DNA of 64,000 nucleotides, taken from Clostridia bacterium (GTDB taxonomy: Bacteria > Bacillota > Clostridia > Christensenellales > Borkfalkiaceae). Made by a program: the position numbers and the translations under genes. A model generated the notes under the pieces. That model searched no databases, was not told the DNA's origin, and saw nothing but the letters and a program-made list of their open reading frames with translations. How positions within the stretch are numbered: position 1 is the stretch's first letter; every line of letters starts with the position of its first letter. The stretch covers positions 26,071 to 90,070 of the forward strand of contig JAFTQB010000014.1 in NCBI GenBank assembly GCA_017462985.1. Direction: 5' to 3'. Shown here one piece after another: positions 17,649 through 28,195 of the stretch.

Positions 17649-18092
17649 TTATTTATTTTCTTGCGTTTCTTCCGCAGTTTCCGTCGTTTCCTCTACGGCA
17701 ACGGCGTTTTCGGAAGTAGGCTCAGCCGCTACGGGCGCAGCTTGGGTAGGCTCCGTCTTTTCGGGCACGGCGTCCGTTTGATAAATGGCTTGCTTATCGA
17801 AGCGGATAAAGCACTTGCCGTTCGCTTCGTTGCCCGTTTCCAACACGAACGTATTATCGTCGGGGCAAACCTCTACGACGATGCCGCAAATGCCGCCGAT
17901 CGTCTTGACCTTGCTACCGGGCTTTACCGCGTTGAGCGTGTCTTCCAATTCTTTCTGTCTTTTCTTTTGCGAACGGTTGTTGAAAATAAACATCACCACG
18001 AACAAAATGATGATCACGCCGATCGTGATGTACATTCCCCAAGGATCGCTTTCCGGCGTCGTTGCGCCGTCCGTCAATAAATTCCAAATCAT
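17649..18092 (-). CDS. yajC: Preprotein translocase subunit YajC with an acidic C-terminal extension
   Basis: Single TM then RSQKKRQKELEDTLNAVKPGSKVKTIGGICGIVVEV (YajC core). It lies adjacent to tgt. The extra tail is EPTSENAVAVEETTETAEETQENK. Confidence 0.9.
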   Translation of the reverse strand: MIWNLLTDGATTPESDPWGMYITIGVIIILFVVMFIFNNRSQKKRQKELEDTLNAVKPGSKVKTIGGICGIVVEVCPDDNTFVLETGNEANGKCFIRFDKQAIYQTDAVPEKTEPTQAAPVAAEPTSENAVAVEETTETAEETQENK

Positions 18093-18244
18093 AATTTTTC
18101 TCCTTCCATTATCGGTTTCTATTTATAATGATACCTTTTTTTTAAAGTTTTGGCAAGCGTTTCCAACGCCCGTTTGTAAAAAAATTACTCTTTCACCTAT
18201 TTTTCATTCGTATTTCTTTGTCGAAAAAGGCAAAAACGCACTTT

Positions 18245-19480
<1,236 letters not shown>

Positions 19481-19566
19481 TTATTCACAATATCCGATTG
19501 TTTTATTCATTTATTCGCTTTTTATAAAAATATAAAATATTTTTTCCGTTACCTTTTCAAAATCGG

Positions 19567-19596
19567 TTGACTTTTATTCGCGTTTCGTACTACAAT
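19567..19596 (+). promoter_or_regulatory. Putative promoter of the amino-acid ABC operon
   Basis: TTGACT (19567-19572), an 18-nt spacer, then TACAAT (19591-19596). Confidence 0.55.
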
Positions 19597-19642
19597 GAAG
19601 AAAATAAGCACGAAAAAAATTATCTTAAAAGGAGATTTGTTT

Positions 19643-20491
19643 ATGAAAAGAACTATTTTTAAAACTATGGCATTGGCTCTTGCCGCCACCGCTTGCATGA
19701 GCTTTGGCGCATGTGCGGAAGAAACGCTGATTGTTTATACCGAATCGGGATTTGCTCCCTTTGAATACGTTTCCAACGGAAATATCGTAGGCGTAGACGT
19801 GGATATTATGAATAAAGTCGGTGAAAAATTAGGCAAAAAGGTTATTTTTGAAGACGTGGATTTTGATACGATCGTAGACGCGGTTTCCGAAGGTACGCTG
19901 ACGAACGTCGACGCGGCGGGCATTTCCGTTACCGAAGAACGCAAGCAAAAAGTTGATTTTTCCACCGAATATTATACGGCGGCTCTGTACGTGATCTACG
20001 AAAAGAGCGACGAGAATATTTTGCTCAGCACTACCACGGACGAAACGCAAGGGATCTACTGGAACAGCATCGCCAACCTTGATAAAAAAGTGATCGCCGT
20101 ACAAAACGGTACGACGGCGGATTTATTCCTCGGCGACGAGATCGCAGAGGGCGGTTCGCTTTGGAACGCGGAAACAAACGAAGCGCTCGTAACAAAATCG
20201 GGCTTCTCCGATTTGGCAACCGCAGTAGCCGACGTTGGTTTGAACGCAGGCGTACTCATTATCGACGAATTGCCCGCGAAAAAACTGATCGAAGACAACG
20301 CTAATCTTGCTTGCGCGCCCCTTTATTATCAAGGCGAAGGCGAAACGCCTGACGAAGCGGCAGTCGATACCTACGCCATTTGCGTAACGAAAGGTCAAAC
20401 AGAGCTTTTGAACGCGATCAACGAAGTCCTCGCCGATCTTGGCGAAGACGGTATTCAAGCGCTCGTTAATAAACATCTCGGCTTGAACTAA
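19643..20491 (+). CDS. Amino-acid ABC transporter substrate-binding lipoprotein
   Basis: AAAGGAG RBS then MKRTIFKTMALALAATACMSFGAC (lipobox), with a type-3 SBP-like body (GFAPFEY, VDVDI). I moved the start from 19595. Confidence 0.85.
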   Translation: MKRTIFKTMALALAATACMSFGACAEETLIVYTESGFAPFEYVSNGNIVGVDVDIMNKVGEKLGKKVIFEDVDFDTIVDAVSEGTLTNVDAAGISVTEERKQKVDFSTEYYTAALYVIYEKSDENILLSTTTDETQGIYWNSIANLDKKVIAVQNGTTADLFLGDEIAEGGSLWNAETNEALVTKSGFSDLATAVADVGLNAGVLIIDELPAKKLIEDNANLACAPLYYQGEGETPDEAAVDTYAICVTKGQTELLNAINEVLADLGEDGIQALVNKHLGLN

Positions 20492-20555
20492 TCCAAACGA
20501 AACGACGAAAGGGGAAGGCGATCGTCTTCCCCTTTTCGATCAATAAAGGAAATTT

Positions 20556-21257
20556 ATGTTATTTGAAGATATTGCAAAAATTTTATCCGACGGCGAATTG
20601 ATGGGCTATTACTTTACGGGCTTTTTAAACACGCTGGCGCTCACCTTTTTCGCGGCGCTGATCGGGCTAGTACTCGGCTTTATCGTTGCTATCGTGAAAA
20701 TTGCCGCGGATAATTATAAATTTATGAAAGTCCCCGCGGTGATTTGTAATCTTTACACCACTATTTTCCGCGGCACGCCCGTTGCCTTGCAGCTTTTCAT
20801 TATGGTATTCGCCGTATTGGCAATCCCCGGCTTCAAGCCTTATGCCGCGATCATCACGTTCGGGATCAATTCGGGCGCATACGTTTCGGAAAATATCCGC
20901 GCGGGCATTTTATCGGTGGATAAAGGACAAATGGAAGCAGGGCGCGCGCTTGGGTTGGGTTGGCTCGCTACAATGACGCGCATTATTATTCCGCAAGCCG
21001 TCAAAAATATTATCCCCGCGATCGGTAACGAAATGATCGCCCTTTTAAAAGAAACTTCTATCGTCGGTATGGTCGGTTCAACAATCGGCACGCTCACTTT
21101 CGATTTAAACGCCGCTTCCAGCACGGTATTTCGAAGCGTTCCCAACTTCCTCGCAAGCGGTATCATCGCGGGCTGCTTCTACTTAGTCGTCGTTTATTTG
21201 TTGGTATTCCTCGTAAAATTGATTGAAAGGAGGTTGCGGGCAAGTGATAAGCGTTAA
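20556..21257 (+). CDS. Amino-acid ABC transporter permease (His/Glu/Gln/Arg family)
   Basis: 233 aa. [33 protein letters not shown] is the EAA-loop region. Confidence 0.9.
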   Translation: MLFEDIAKILSDGELMGYYFTGFLNTLALTFFAALIGLVLGFIVAIVKIAADNYKFMKVPAVICNLYTTIFRGTPVALQLFIMVFAVLAIPGFKPYAAIITFGINSGAYVSENIRAGILSVDKGQMEAGRALGLGWLATMTRIIIPQAVKNIIPAIGNEMIALLKETSIVGMVGSTIGTLTFDLNAASSTVFRSVPNFLASGIIAGCFYLVVVYLLVFLVKLIERRLRASDKR

Positions 21258-22167
21258 TAATATTTTTAAAAATTTCGATAAAGTGGAAGTGCTCAAAGGC
21301 GTGAGCTGTACGATCGAAAAGGGCGAAAAGGTGGTGATTATCGGTCCGTCGGGGAGCGGAAAAAGCACCCTGCTTCGGTGTATGAACTTGCTCGAAACGC
21401 CCACCTACGGCGAAATTTGGCTGGACGATAAGCTGCTCACCCCCATCGATCCGTATCTGCATTTCGAAGTCATTCGGCTTTCGAATACCTATCGAAAAAT
21501 GATGGAACAAGCCAAAGCGGCTTCCCCTGAAAAAACGGAAGAAGAATTAGATCAAGAAATCATCCAAAAGATCAAAGCGGAAGATCTTTTAAAAAAGCAC
21601 GAGGGCAAGGAATACAAAGAAGAAATTCGCCGCCTGTTCAAGCAAAGCTATATCGATATCAATCTCGCGCGGCAAAAAATGGGTATGGTGTTCCAACATT
21701 TTAACCTGTTCAATAATTTGACGGTGCTGAAAAATCTCACTCTCGCGCCCGTAATGCTCAAACTAAAAACCAAGGAAGAAGCGGAAGCAAAAGCAATGGA
21801 ACTACTCCGCCGTATCGGGTTGGAGGATAAAGCAAACGCCTACCCCGCCACCCTTTCGGGCGGTCAAAAACAGCGTATCGCGATCATTCGCGCGCTCGCG
21901 ATGGAACCGGACGTAATGCTCTTTGACGAACCGACGAGCGCGCTCGATCCCGAAATGGTGGGCGAAGTGCTCGCGCTGATGAAGCAAGTTGCCGACGAGG
22001 GAATGACGATGGTGATCGTAACGCACGAAATGGGCTTTGCCAAGGAAGTGGCTTCGCGGATCATCTTTATGGACGACGGGAAGATCAAGGAAGAAAACAC
22101 TCCGACGGAATTTTTCGAACGTCCGAAAAACGAACGCTTGCAAGAATTTTTATCAAAGGTTTTATAA
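21244..22167 (+). CDS. Amino-acid ABC transporter ATP-binding protein with a roughly 69-aa insertion between the Walker A region and the Q-loop
   Basis: GPSGSGKST Walker A, LSGGQKQR signature, [11 protein letters not shown] Walker B. The GTG start at 21244 follows AAAGGAGG and overlaps the permease stop. Insertion residues are IDPYLHF...RRLFKQSY. Confidence 0.9.
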   Translation: MISVNNIFKNFDKVEVLKGVSCTIEKGEKVVIIGPSGSGKSTLLRCMNLLETPTYGEIWLDDKLLTPIDPYLHFEVIRLSNTYRKMMEQAKAASPEKTEEELDQEIIQKIKAEDLLKKHEGKEYKEEIRRLFKQSYIDINLARQKMGMVFQHFNLFNNLTVLKNLTLAPVMLKLKTKEEAEAKAMELLRRIGLEDKANAYPATLSGGQKQRIAIIRALAMEPDVMLFDEPTSALDPEMVGEVLALMKQVADEGMTMVIVTHEMGFAKEVASRIIFMDDGKIKEENTPTEFFERPKNERLQEFLSKVL

Positions 22168-22171
22168 AAAT

Positions 22172-22209
22172 AAAAACGAGCGGAAGCGCAATGCTTCCGC
22201 TCGTTTTTT
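22172..22209. terminator. Bidirectional intrinsic terminator
   Basis: AAAAACGAGCGGAAGC-gcaat-GCTTCCGCTCGTTTTTT sits between convergent operons. Confidence 0.85.
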
Positions 22210-22239
22210 CTTTATCGATCGCCAAAGGCAATCCTTTCT

Positions 22240-24228
22240 TTATTCCAATTCGAACGCGCCCGTATACAACTGATAATACGTGCCCTTTTGTTCGATGAGC
22301 TGTTCGTGCGTGCCGCGTTCGATGATCCTGCCGTGATCGAGCACCATGATCGCGTCGGAATTGCGTACGGTGGAAAGTCTGTGCGCAATCACGAACACCG
22401 TTCTGCCGTGCATGAGTTTATCCATACCGTCGTTGACGAGCGCTTCCGTGCGCGTATCGATAGACGAGGTCGCTTCGTCCAAAATCATCGCGGGCGCGTC
22501 CGCCACCGCCGCGCGCGCGATCGAAAGGAGTTGGCGCTGACCTTGCGACAGGTTTGCGCCGTTGTTCGTCAATACCGTATCGTAACCGTCGGGCAAACGA
22601 CTGATAAAATCGTGTGCGTTCGCAAGCTTCGCCGCTTCGATACATTCCTCGTCCGTCGCGTCTAATCTTCCGTAACGGATATTTTCCATTACGCTGCCCG
22701 TGAACAGGTTGGTATCTTGCAATACGATCCCGAGCGAGCGGCGCAGATCGCTCTTTTTGATCTTGTTGATATTGATGCCGTCGTAACGGATCTTGCCGTC
22801 CGCAATATCGTAGAAACGGTTGATCAGATTGGTGATCGTCGTTTTTCCCGCGCCCGTCGCTCCCACGAACGCGATCTTTTGCCCCGGTCGGGCGTACAGC
22901 GTAACGTCGGTGAGCACCTGTTTTTCGGGCACGTAGCAAAAATCTACCATATCCATCACGATATCGCCCTTCAGCTCGGTATAAGTCGTCGTGCCGTCCG
23001 CTTTATGGTAATGTTTCCAAGCCCAAAGTCCCGTGCGTTCCGCCGTTTCCGTCAGTTCGCCGTTTTCGTCGCGCTTCGCGTTTACCAAGGTAACGTAGCC
23101 CTCGTCAAATTCAGGTTCTTCGTCCATGAGCGTAAAGATACGGCTCGCGCCCGCAAGCCCCATCGCCACCATGGAAATTTGTTGCGACATCTGGTTGACG
23201 ATCTGCGCAAAGTTGCGCGAACTGCCGAGGAAAATAACGATCGTACCGATACTCAGCACCGCCTTTTCCGCTTCGAAAAGGTTGGAAAAGCCGATATTGG
23301 GAACGCCGAGCGCAAAGAGCGCCGCGCCGACGATGGCAATTAACACGTAAGTGAAATTGCCGATATTGCCGAGAATCGGACCTAAAATATTTCCGAAGAT
23401 ATGCGCTCGCTCGCTATCCTTGAAAAGCTGTTCGTTGAGTTGATCGAAATCGTTTTTCGCGCGTTCTTCGTAGGTGAATACCTTCACCACCTTTTGCCCT
23501 TTCATCATCTCTTCGACGTAGCCTTCCTCTTTTGCCAAGGAATGTTGCTGTGCGACCATATATTTCGCGCTGTTGCCGCCGATCTTTTTCACGACGAAAG
23601 TCATTGCGAAGGTACAAACCGCCACGACGATAGAAAGCCAAAAGCTATACGAGAGCATCAACGCGACGGAAACGACGAGCGTGAGCGAGTTGCTGAACAA
23701 ATTAGGTAAGCTCTGCCCGATCACTTGCCGCACTGCGTCGGTATCGTTCGTATAGGTACTCATAATATCGCCGTGCGCGTGCGTATCGAAATACTTGATG
23801 GGCAAGCTCTGCATTTTTTGGAACATTTCTTCGCGCAAATGATACAGCATCCCTTGCGTAACCGTAGCCATGATCCGCGAATAGCAAAAGGAAGAAAGCG
23901 TAACCACAGTGTATACCGTAATCATCATTACGATCAAACCCGTCAAGGTTGCCGCAATCTCGGAATTAAAGCCCACTTTCATCGCGGGCGTGATCACGTT
24001 ATCCACAAGCGAACCCATATACACGGTGGAAACCAAGCTGCCCACCGAGCTGACGATCAAACAGACGAACACTACGATCATTTGCCATTTATAGTATTTC
24101 AGCAACATTTTCAAAAGCCGCGACAACGTGCCTTTTTTAATTGCGCCCTTAGGTACGGGCATTCCTCTGCCGCGCATCGGGCCTTTGGGCATTGCGGGGG
24201 TTTTAATAGCGCCTCTTTGTTCAGCCAT
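22240..24228 (-). CDS. ABC exporter fused permease/ATPase (type I exporter half-transporter)
   Basis: 6-TM N-terminal domain plus an NBD with GATGAGKTT, LSQGQRQL and ILDEATSSID. Confidence 0.9.
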   Translation of the reverse strand: MAEQRGAIKTPAMPKGPMRGRGMPVPKGAIKKGTLSRLLKMLLKYYKWQMIVVFVCLIVSSVGSLVSTVYMGSLVDNVITPAMKVGFNSEIAATLTGLIVMMITVYTVVTLSSFCYSRIMATVTQGMLYHLREEMFQKMQSLPIKYFDTHAHGDIMSTYTNDTDAVRQVIGQSLPNLFSNSLTLVVSVALMLSYSFWLSIVVAVCTFAMTFVVKKIGGNSAKYMVAQQHSLAKEEGYVEEMMKGQKVVKVFTYEERAKNDFDQLNEQLFKDSERAHIFGNILGPILGNIGNFTYVLIAIVGAALFALGVPNIGFSNLFEAEKAVLSIGTIVIFLGSSRNFAQIVNQMSQQISMVAMGLAGASRIFTLMDEEPEFDEGYVTLVNAKRDENGELTETAERTGLWAWKHYHKADGTTTYTELKGDIVMDMVDFCYVPEKQVLTDVTLYARPGQKIAFVGATGAGKTTITNLINRFYDIADGKIRYDGININKIKKSDLRRSLGIVLQDTNLFTGSVMENIRYGRLDATDEECIEAAKLANAHDFISRLPDGYDTVLTNNGANLSQGQRQLLSIARAAVADAPAMILDEATSSIDTRTEALVNDGMDKLMHGRTVFVIAHRLSTVRNSDAIMVLDHGRIIERGTHEQLIEQKGTYYQLYTGAFELE

Positions 24229-26012
24229 TATTCTTCACCCCCTTCCGCGTTTTCCTGCTTACCTTTCGTTTGCGCTTCGTAAATTTCGCGATAAACGTCG
24301 CTCGAAGCCATCAATTCGTCGTGGTTGCCGCAAGCGATGATCTTGCCGCCGTCGAGGATCACGATCTTATCCGCGTGCTCCACGGAAGCCACGCGTTGGG
24401 CAATAATGATTTTCGTCGTATCGGGAATTTCTTCCGCCATCGCCCGCCTGATCAACGCGTCCGTCTTGGTATCTACCGCCGAGGTACTGTCGTCAAAGAT
24501 GATCACCTTGGGTTTTCTCAAAATGGCGCGCGCGATACAAAGCCGTTGTTTTTGACCGCCCGAAACGTTCGTGCCGCCCTGTTCGATATAGGTATCGTAG
24601 CCGTCGGGGAACGCCGTGATAAATTCGTGCGCTTGCGCCAATTTGCATACGCGCACCAATTCCTCGTCCGTCGCGTTTTCGTCCCCCCAACGCAGGTTTT
24701 CCTTGATCGTGCCCGAAAACAGAACGTTCTTTTGAAGCACTACCGCCACTTCTTTTCTAAGAATATCCAAATCGTAATCCTTTACGTTCACGCCGCCCAC
24801 GTACACCGCGCCTTCCGTCGCGTCGTACAATCGGGGAATGAGTTGTATCAGCGAGGTTTTCGAAGAACCCGTACCGCCCAAGATCCCCACCGTTTCGCCC
24901 GCCTTGATATCGAGGTCGATATTCGCAAGCGCGTAGCGTTCGGCTTTTTGCGAGTATTTGAAGTTGACGTTTTCAAAACGGATCGAACCGTCGGCAACTT
25001 CCGTAACGCCGTTTTCGGGGCTGACGATATCCGATTTACATTCGAGCACTTCCGCAATACGTCTGCCCGATTCGATCGACATCGAAAGCATCACGAAGAT
25101 CATCGAGAACATCATCAAACACGAAAGCATTTGAATCCCATAGGAAATGAGCGCGGAAAGCTGACCCGTACCGAAGCCGTCGTACGCCGCCCAAAAACCT
25201 TTATCGACGATCGCGTACGCCGCGAATACGGAAATCAAAATGGACGCAAAATTGATAAACAGCGTCATGATCGGGCCGTTGAGCGCGATGACTTTTTCTG
25301 CCCTCGTAAAATCGTCGCGTACCTCCCCCGCCGCTTTTTGGAATTTTTGCGTTTCGTGTTCTTCGCGAACGAACGATTTGACAACGCGAATCCCGCTCAC
25401 GTTTTCCTGTACGGAATTATTCAGCGCGTCGTATTTTTTGAAGATCTTACGGAAGAACGGCATTACGAAGCGCATGATCGAAACGATCAGCGCCGCAAGG
25501 AACGGCACGATCGCCACGAAAATCCAAGCAAGCTTGGGATTGATCGTAAAACTCATAACAATCGCAAAAATAAACTGCAAGGGAACGCGCACAACGATCC
25601 GCAAACACATTTGGAAGGATTGTTGCACGTTGGTAACGTCCGTCGTCAGCCTCGTTACGAGCGACGAGGACGAAAAAGTATCCACGTTCCCGAACGAGAA
25701 TTTTTGCACGCGGTAAAAAAGATCATGGCGCAGATTTTTCGCAAATCCGCAACTCGCCGTAGCGGCAAATCGACCCGCCAAAACGCCGCTAGTGATGGAT
25801 ACCGCCGCCAACAAAAGCAATACGCCGCCGTAGATCAATACCGTTCTCATCGCCGTATCCGCGTCTATGCCCGGCGTTTCGATCCTGCTGATGAGCTGCG
25901 CCATAAAAAACGGAATCAAACATTCGCACAGCGCTTCGAGCACCATAAAACACGGCGTAACGAGCGCGGGCTTTTTATATTCCCTTACGCTTTTTAACAA
26001 AGTTTTCAGCAT
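24228..26012 (-). CDS. ABC exporter fused permease/ATPase, partner half-transporter
   Basis: 6-TM domain plus an NBD with GGTGSSKTS, VSGGQKQR and IFDDSTSAVD. Its stop overlaps the start of the downstream partner, which suggests a heterodimer. Confidence 0.9.
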   Translation of the reverse strand: MLKTLLKSVREYKKPALVTPCFMVLEALCECLIPFFMAQLISRIETPGIDADTAMRTVLIYGGVLLLLAAVSITSGVLAGRFAATASCGFAKNLRHDLFYRVQKFSFGNVDTFSSSSLVTRLTTDVTNVQQSFQMCLRIVVRVPLQFIFAIVMSFTINPKLAWIFVAIVPFLAALIVSIMRFVMPFFRKIFKKYDALNNSVQENVSGIRVVKSFVREEHETQKFQKAAGEVRDDFTRAEKVIALNGPIMTLFINFASILISVFAAYAIVDKGFWAAYDGFGTGQLSALISYGIQMLSCLMMFSMIFVMLSMSIESGRRIAEVLECKSDIVSPENGVTEVADGSIRFENVNFKYSQKAERYALANIDLDIKAGETVGILGGTGSSKTSLIQLIPRLYDATEGAVYVGGVNVKDYDLDILRKEVAVVLQKNVLFSGTIKENLRWGDENATDEELVRVCKLAQAHEFITAFPDGYDTYIEQGGTNVSGGQKQRLCIARAILRKPKVIIFDDSTSAVDTKTDALIRRAMAEEIPDTTKIIIAQRVASVEHADKIVILDGGKIIACGNHDELMASSDVYREIYEAQTKGKQENAEGGEE

Positions 26013-26043
26013 ACCGTTTCCTCTTTTTTCATTATTCTACATT

Positions 26044-26072
26044 ATTATAATAATCGCAAAAAATTATGTCAA
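26044..26072 (-). promoter_or_regulatory. Consensus promoter of the ABC exporter operon
   Basis: On the minus strand, TTGACA (26072-26067), a 17-nt spacer, then TATAAT (26049-26044). Confidence 0.65.
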
Positions 26073-26114
26073 GTATTTGGCGCGTTCGCCCGTTCCTTTT
26101 CACCAAAATTTCAA

Positions 26115-26142
26115 CGAAAAAAAGAGCCGTTAAGCTCTTTCA
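26115..26142 (-). terminator. Intrinsic terminator ending the cls transcript downstream of repeat locus A
   Basis: On the minus strand, AAAGAGC-ttaacg-GCTCTTT followed by a T-run (A-run 26117-26123 on the plus strand). Confidence 0.7.
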
Positions 26143-26146
26143 TTTT

Positions 26147-26405
26147 GCAGTGAATAGATTGCAAAAGCAATCGTGAATCGCCGCGCGCAGAGCCTGCGCC
26201 CCCAAGCGGTCGTTTTCAATTACGGTTTATAGCAGCTTCCGCATATGTCGAAAAGCTCACCCGTACCGTCATTGCGAAGGAGCGATAGCGACTGCGGCAA
26301 TCTCGTTTTAATGATTGCATTATTATTTATGAGATTGCCGCGCTACGACAGTTTTAAAATTCTTCCGCACTTCTTCACTATTACTTATTACCTATTACCT
26401 ACTAC
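26147..26405. repeat. Composite palindromic element, locus A (degenerate copy)
   Basis: GTGAATag+ATTGCaaaaGCAAT and GTGAATcg+GCGCAGagcCTGCGC units. A 37-mer, GTCATTGCGAAGGAGCGATAGCGACTGCGGCAATCTC (26268-26304), is identical to 36343-36379. The partner GAGATTGCCGCG lies at 26331-26342. Four tandem heptamers YTAYTAC lie at 26378-26405. Confidence 0.8.
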
Positions 26406-26409
26406 TCCC

Positions 26410-27978
26410 CTATAGCAGCGGTTCGAAAAGGCGCAAAACGCTATCGATCATTCGCCCGAATAGGTTGCGTTTCGTATTCGCCAAAGTGCGTTCGCGGCAT
26501 ACCTGCCCTATTTCTTCCAAATCGGCTTTCACCGCCGCAACCGCCTTTTCATCGCTGAAATACACGGCGTTTTCAAAATGCAGATACAGGCTTCGATAAT
26601 CGAAATTGATCGTTCCTACCACCGCTCTGCCGTCGGACACCGCCGATTTGGCGTGCAAAAACCCCGGCGTGTATTCGTAAATTTTCACACCCGCTTTTAA
26701 AAGCGCGGGATAATTCGCCCTCGTCAAGCGGTACACCGTTTTCTTATCGGGGATCCCCGGCGTATAAATACGCACGTCCACCCCGCGCGCCGCTGCTTCC
26801 ATAATACTCGCCCGCAGCGTTTCGTCCAAAACAAGATAGGGCGTGGCGATATACAAATAGTTGCTCGCGCGCGCGATCATATCGCAATAAACAAGCTCGC
26901 CCACGCTCACGCTATCCAACGGAGAATCGGCGTAAGGCAACACGAGCGCGCCCGTCTTTTCGCTTTTTACGGGTTCGAGATAGTTTTGCGCCTCCAACGA
27001 TTTATCCTTGAACGCTTTCCAAGTTTCCAAAAAGGTTTTCGTCATCGTAGCAACGCCGCTGCCCGTTACCTTGATTCCCGTATCCTTCCAATGCCCGAAC
27101 CGCTTTTTTTCGTCGATATACTCGTCCGCAATATTCACGCCGCCAGTAAACGCCACACGCCCGTCCACCACTAAAATTTTTCTATGGTCGCGATGGTTAT
27201 AGTGCGCGGAAAAAATCGGACGCACCTTATTGAACGCAAGGCATTGGATATTTTCGTGCAATTCCTCCAAATACCGATCGTATTTCGGCGGCAAGCCAAC
27301 GATACTGCCGAAATCGTCGTAAATGATCTTGATTTTCACGCCCTCGAGCGCTTTTTCAAGCAAGATCTTTTGTATCTCGTCCCACATTTTCCCGCCCGCA
27401 ATGATGAAATATTCCAAGAAAATAAATTTTTTCGCGCTTTTCAATTCCTCTTTCATCGCTGCAAACAGCGCTTTTCCGCTTGAATAATATTCCACTTCGC
27501 CGTCCGTATAAGCGGGATAGCCGAGCTTTTCAAGAACGGTCAAAAAGCCCCGTTCGCGATCGGAAACGCTCTCTTTGGCGCGGTCGTCGACGGGAAGCGC
27601 ACCGAGTTCTTTGCTCGCGCGCGTGTATGCGATATTTAAAAACCTGCTCCCTTTGGCGTTCCCGTACAAGAAATACAGCGGCACGCCGACGACGGGAAAC
27701 GCAAGGATTAAAATAATCCAAAGCATGCGCGTATTTTTGCGTTCCTGCGTGCCCGCGAGATACACGACGAATACCAGCGCCAACGCCCCCACTACGATCT
27801 GCGCTACCAGACCGTAAGTGCCAAGATAAGTCAACAATAAAATTAGCGCGGCGAGCTGCAATACAACGAAAATAATGCAGGTGAAAAAACGGTTGTACGC
27901 CAGCGCCTTGTAGCTTCGATCGTGCTCAACCGTTCTTTCAATCCATTTTCTTTTGCGTTTTGATAATTTTTTTGCCAT
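26410..27978 (-). CDS. cls: Cardiolipin synthase
   Basis: Two N-terminal TMs and two PLD HKD motifs (HRKILVVDG..., HAKSAVSDG...); 522 aa. Confidence 0.93.
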   Translation of the reverse strand: MAKKLSKRKRKWIERTVEHDRSYKALAYNRFFTCIIFVVLQLAALILLLTYLGTYGLVAQIVVGALALVFVVYLAGTQERKNTRMLWIILILAFPVVGVPLYFLYGNAKGSRFLNIAYTRASKELGALPVDDRAKESVSDRERGFLTVLEKLGYPAYTDGEVEYYSSGKALFAAMKEELKSAKKFIFLEYFIIAGGKMWDEIQKILLEKALEGVKIKIIYDDFGSIVGLPPKYDRYLEELHENIQCLAFNKVRPIFSAHYNHRDHRKILVVDGRVAFTGGVNIADEYIDEKKRFGHWKDTGIKVTGSGVATMTKTFLETWKAFKDKSLEAQNYLEPVKSEKTGALVLPYADSPLDSVSVGELVYCDMIARASNYLYIATPYLVLDETLRASIMEAAARGVDVRIYTPGIPDKKTVYRLTRANYPALLKAGVKIYEYTPGFLHAKSAVSDGRAVVGTINFDYRSLYLHFENAVYFSDEKAVAAVKADLEEIGQVCRERTLANTKRNLFGRMIDSVLRLFEPLL

Positions 27979-28097
27979 CGCCGTTTACCTTATATATATT
28001 ATATACCGAAAAATTGTTAAAATTTCGCGAAAATCCTATAAAATTCTCGCAAAAAAACGATGATAAAAAATTTTTTCAACTTTTTTCCAAAAAACTA

Positions 28098-28126
28098 TTG
28101 ACAAAATAAATTTTTTATATTATACT
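28098..28126 (+). promoter_or_regulatory. Putative rubrerythrin promoter
   Basis: TTGACA (28098-28103), a 17-nt spacer, then TATACT (28121-28126). Confidence 0.5.
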
Positions 28127-28195
28127 ATAATCACTTAATAAAACTAAATCCTATTAAGAAACAAAAAAATAAAAATGCAAGAGGTAAAAAAAATT

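Noticed and set aside
19481-19517. Three TTATTCA/TTATTCG repeats in the tgt / ABC intergenic region
   Set aside because: They are short AT-rich motifs in AT-rich intergenic DNA with irregular spacing, which is indistinguishable from chance by eye.
24270-25997. 575-aa plus-strand ORF opposite the ABC exporter, and similar long antisense ORFs at 13751-14707, 37524-38615, 39111-40142, 41827-43428, 59008-60216 and 8135-10228
   Set aside because: All lie antisense to genes with clear family signatures (ABC exporter, secD, hisS, hslU, topA, ffh, relA). All have R/H/F/L-rich compositions, so I treat them as shadow ORFs.
28098-28131. TTGACA paired with the perfect TATAAT at 28126-28131 as the rubrerythrin promoter
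   Set aside because: The spacer would be 22 nt, which is too long. I used TATACT at 28121-28126 (17-nt spacer) instead. I also looked for a PerR-type box in the AT-rich region but could not support one.
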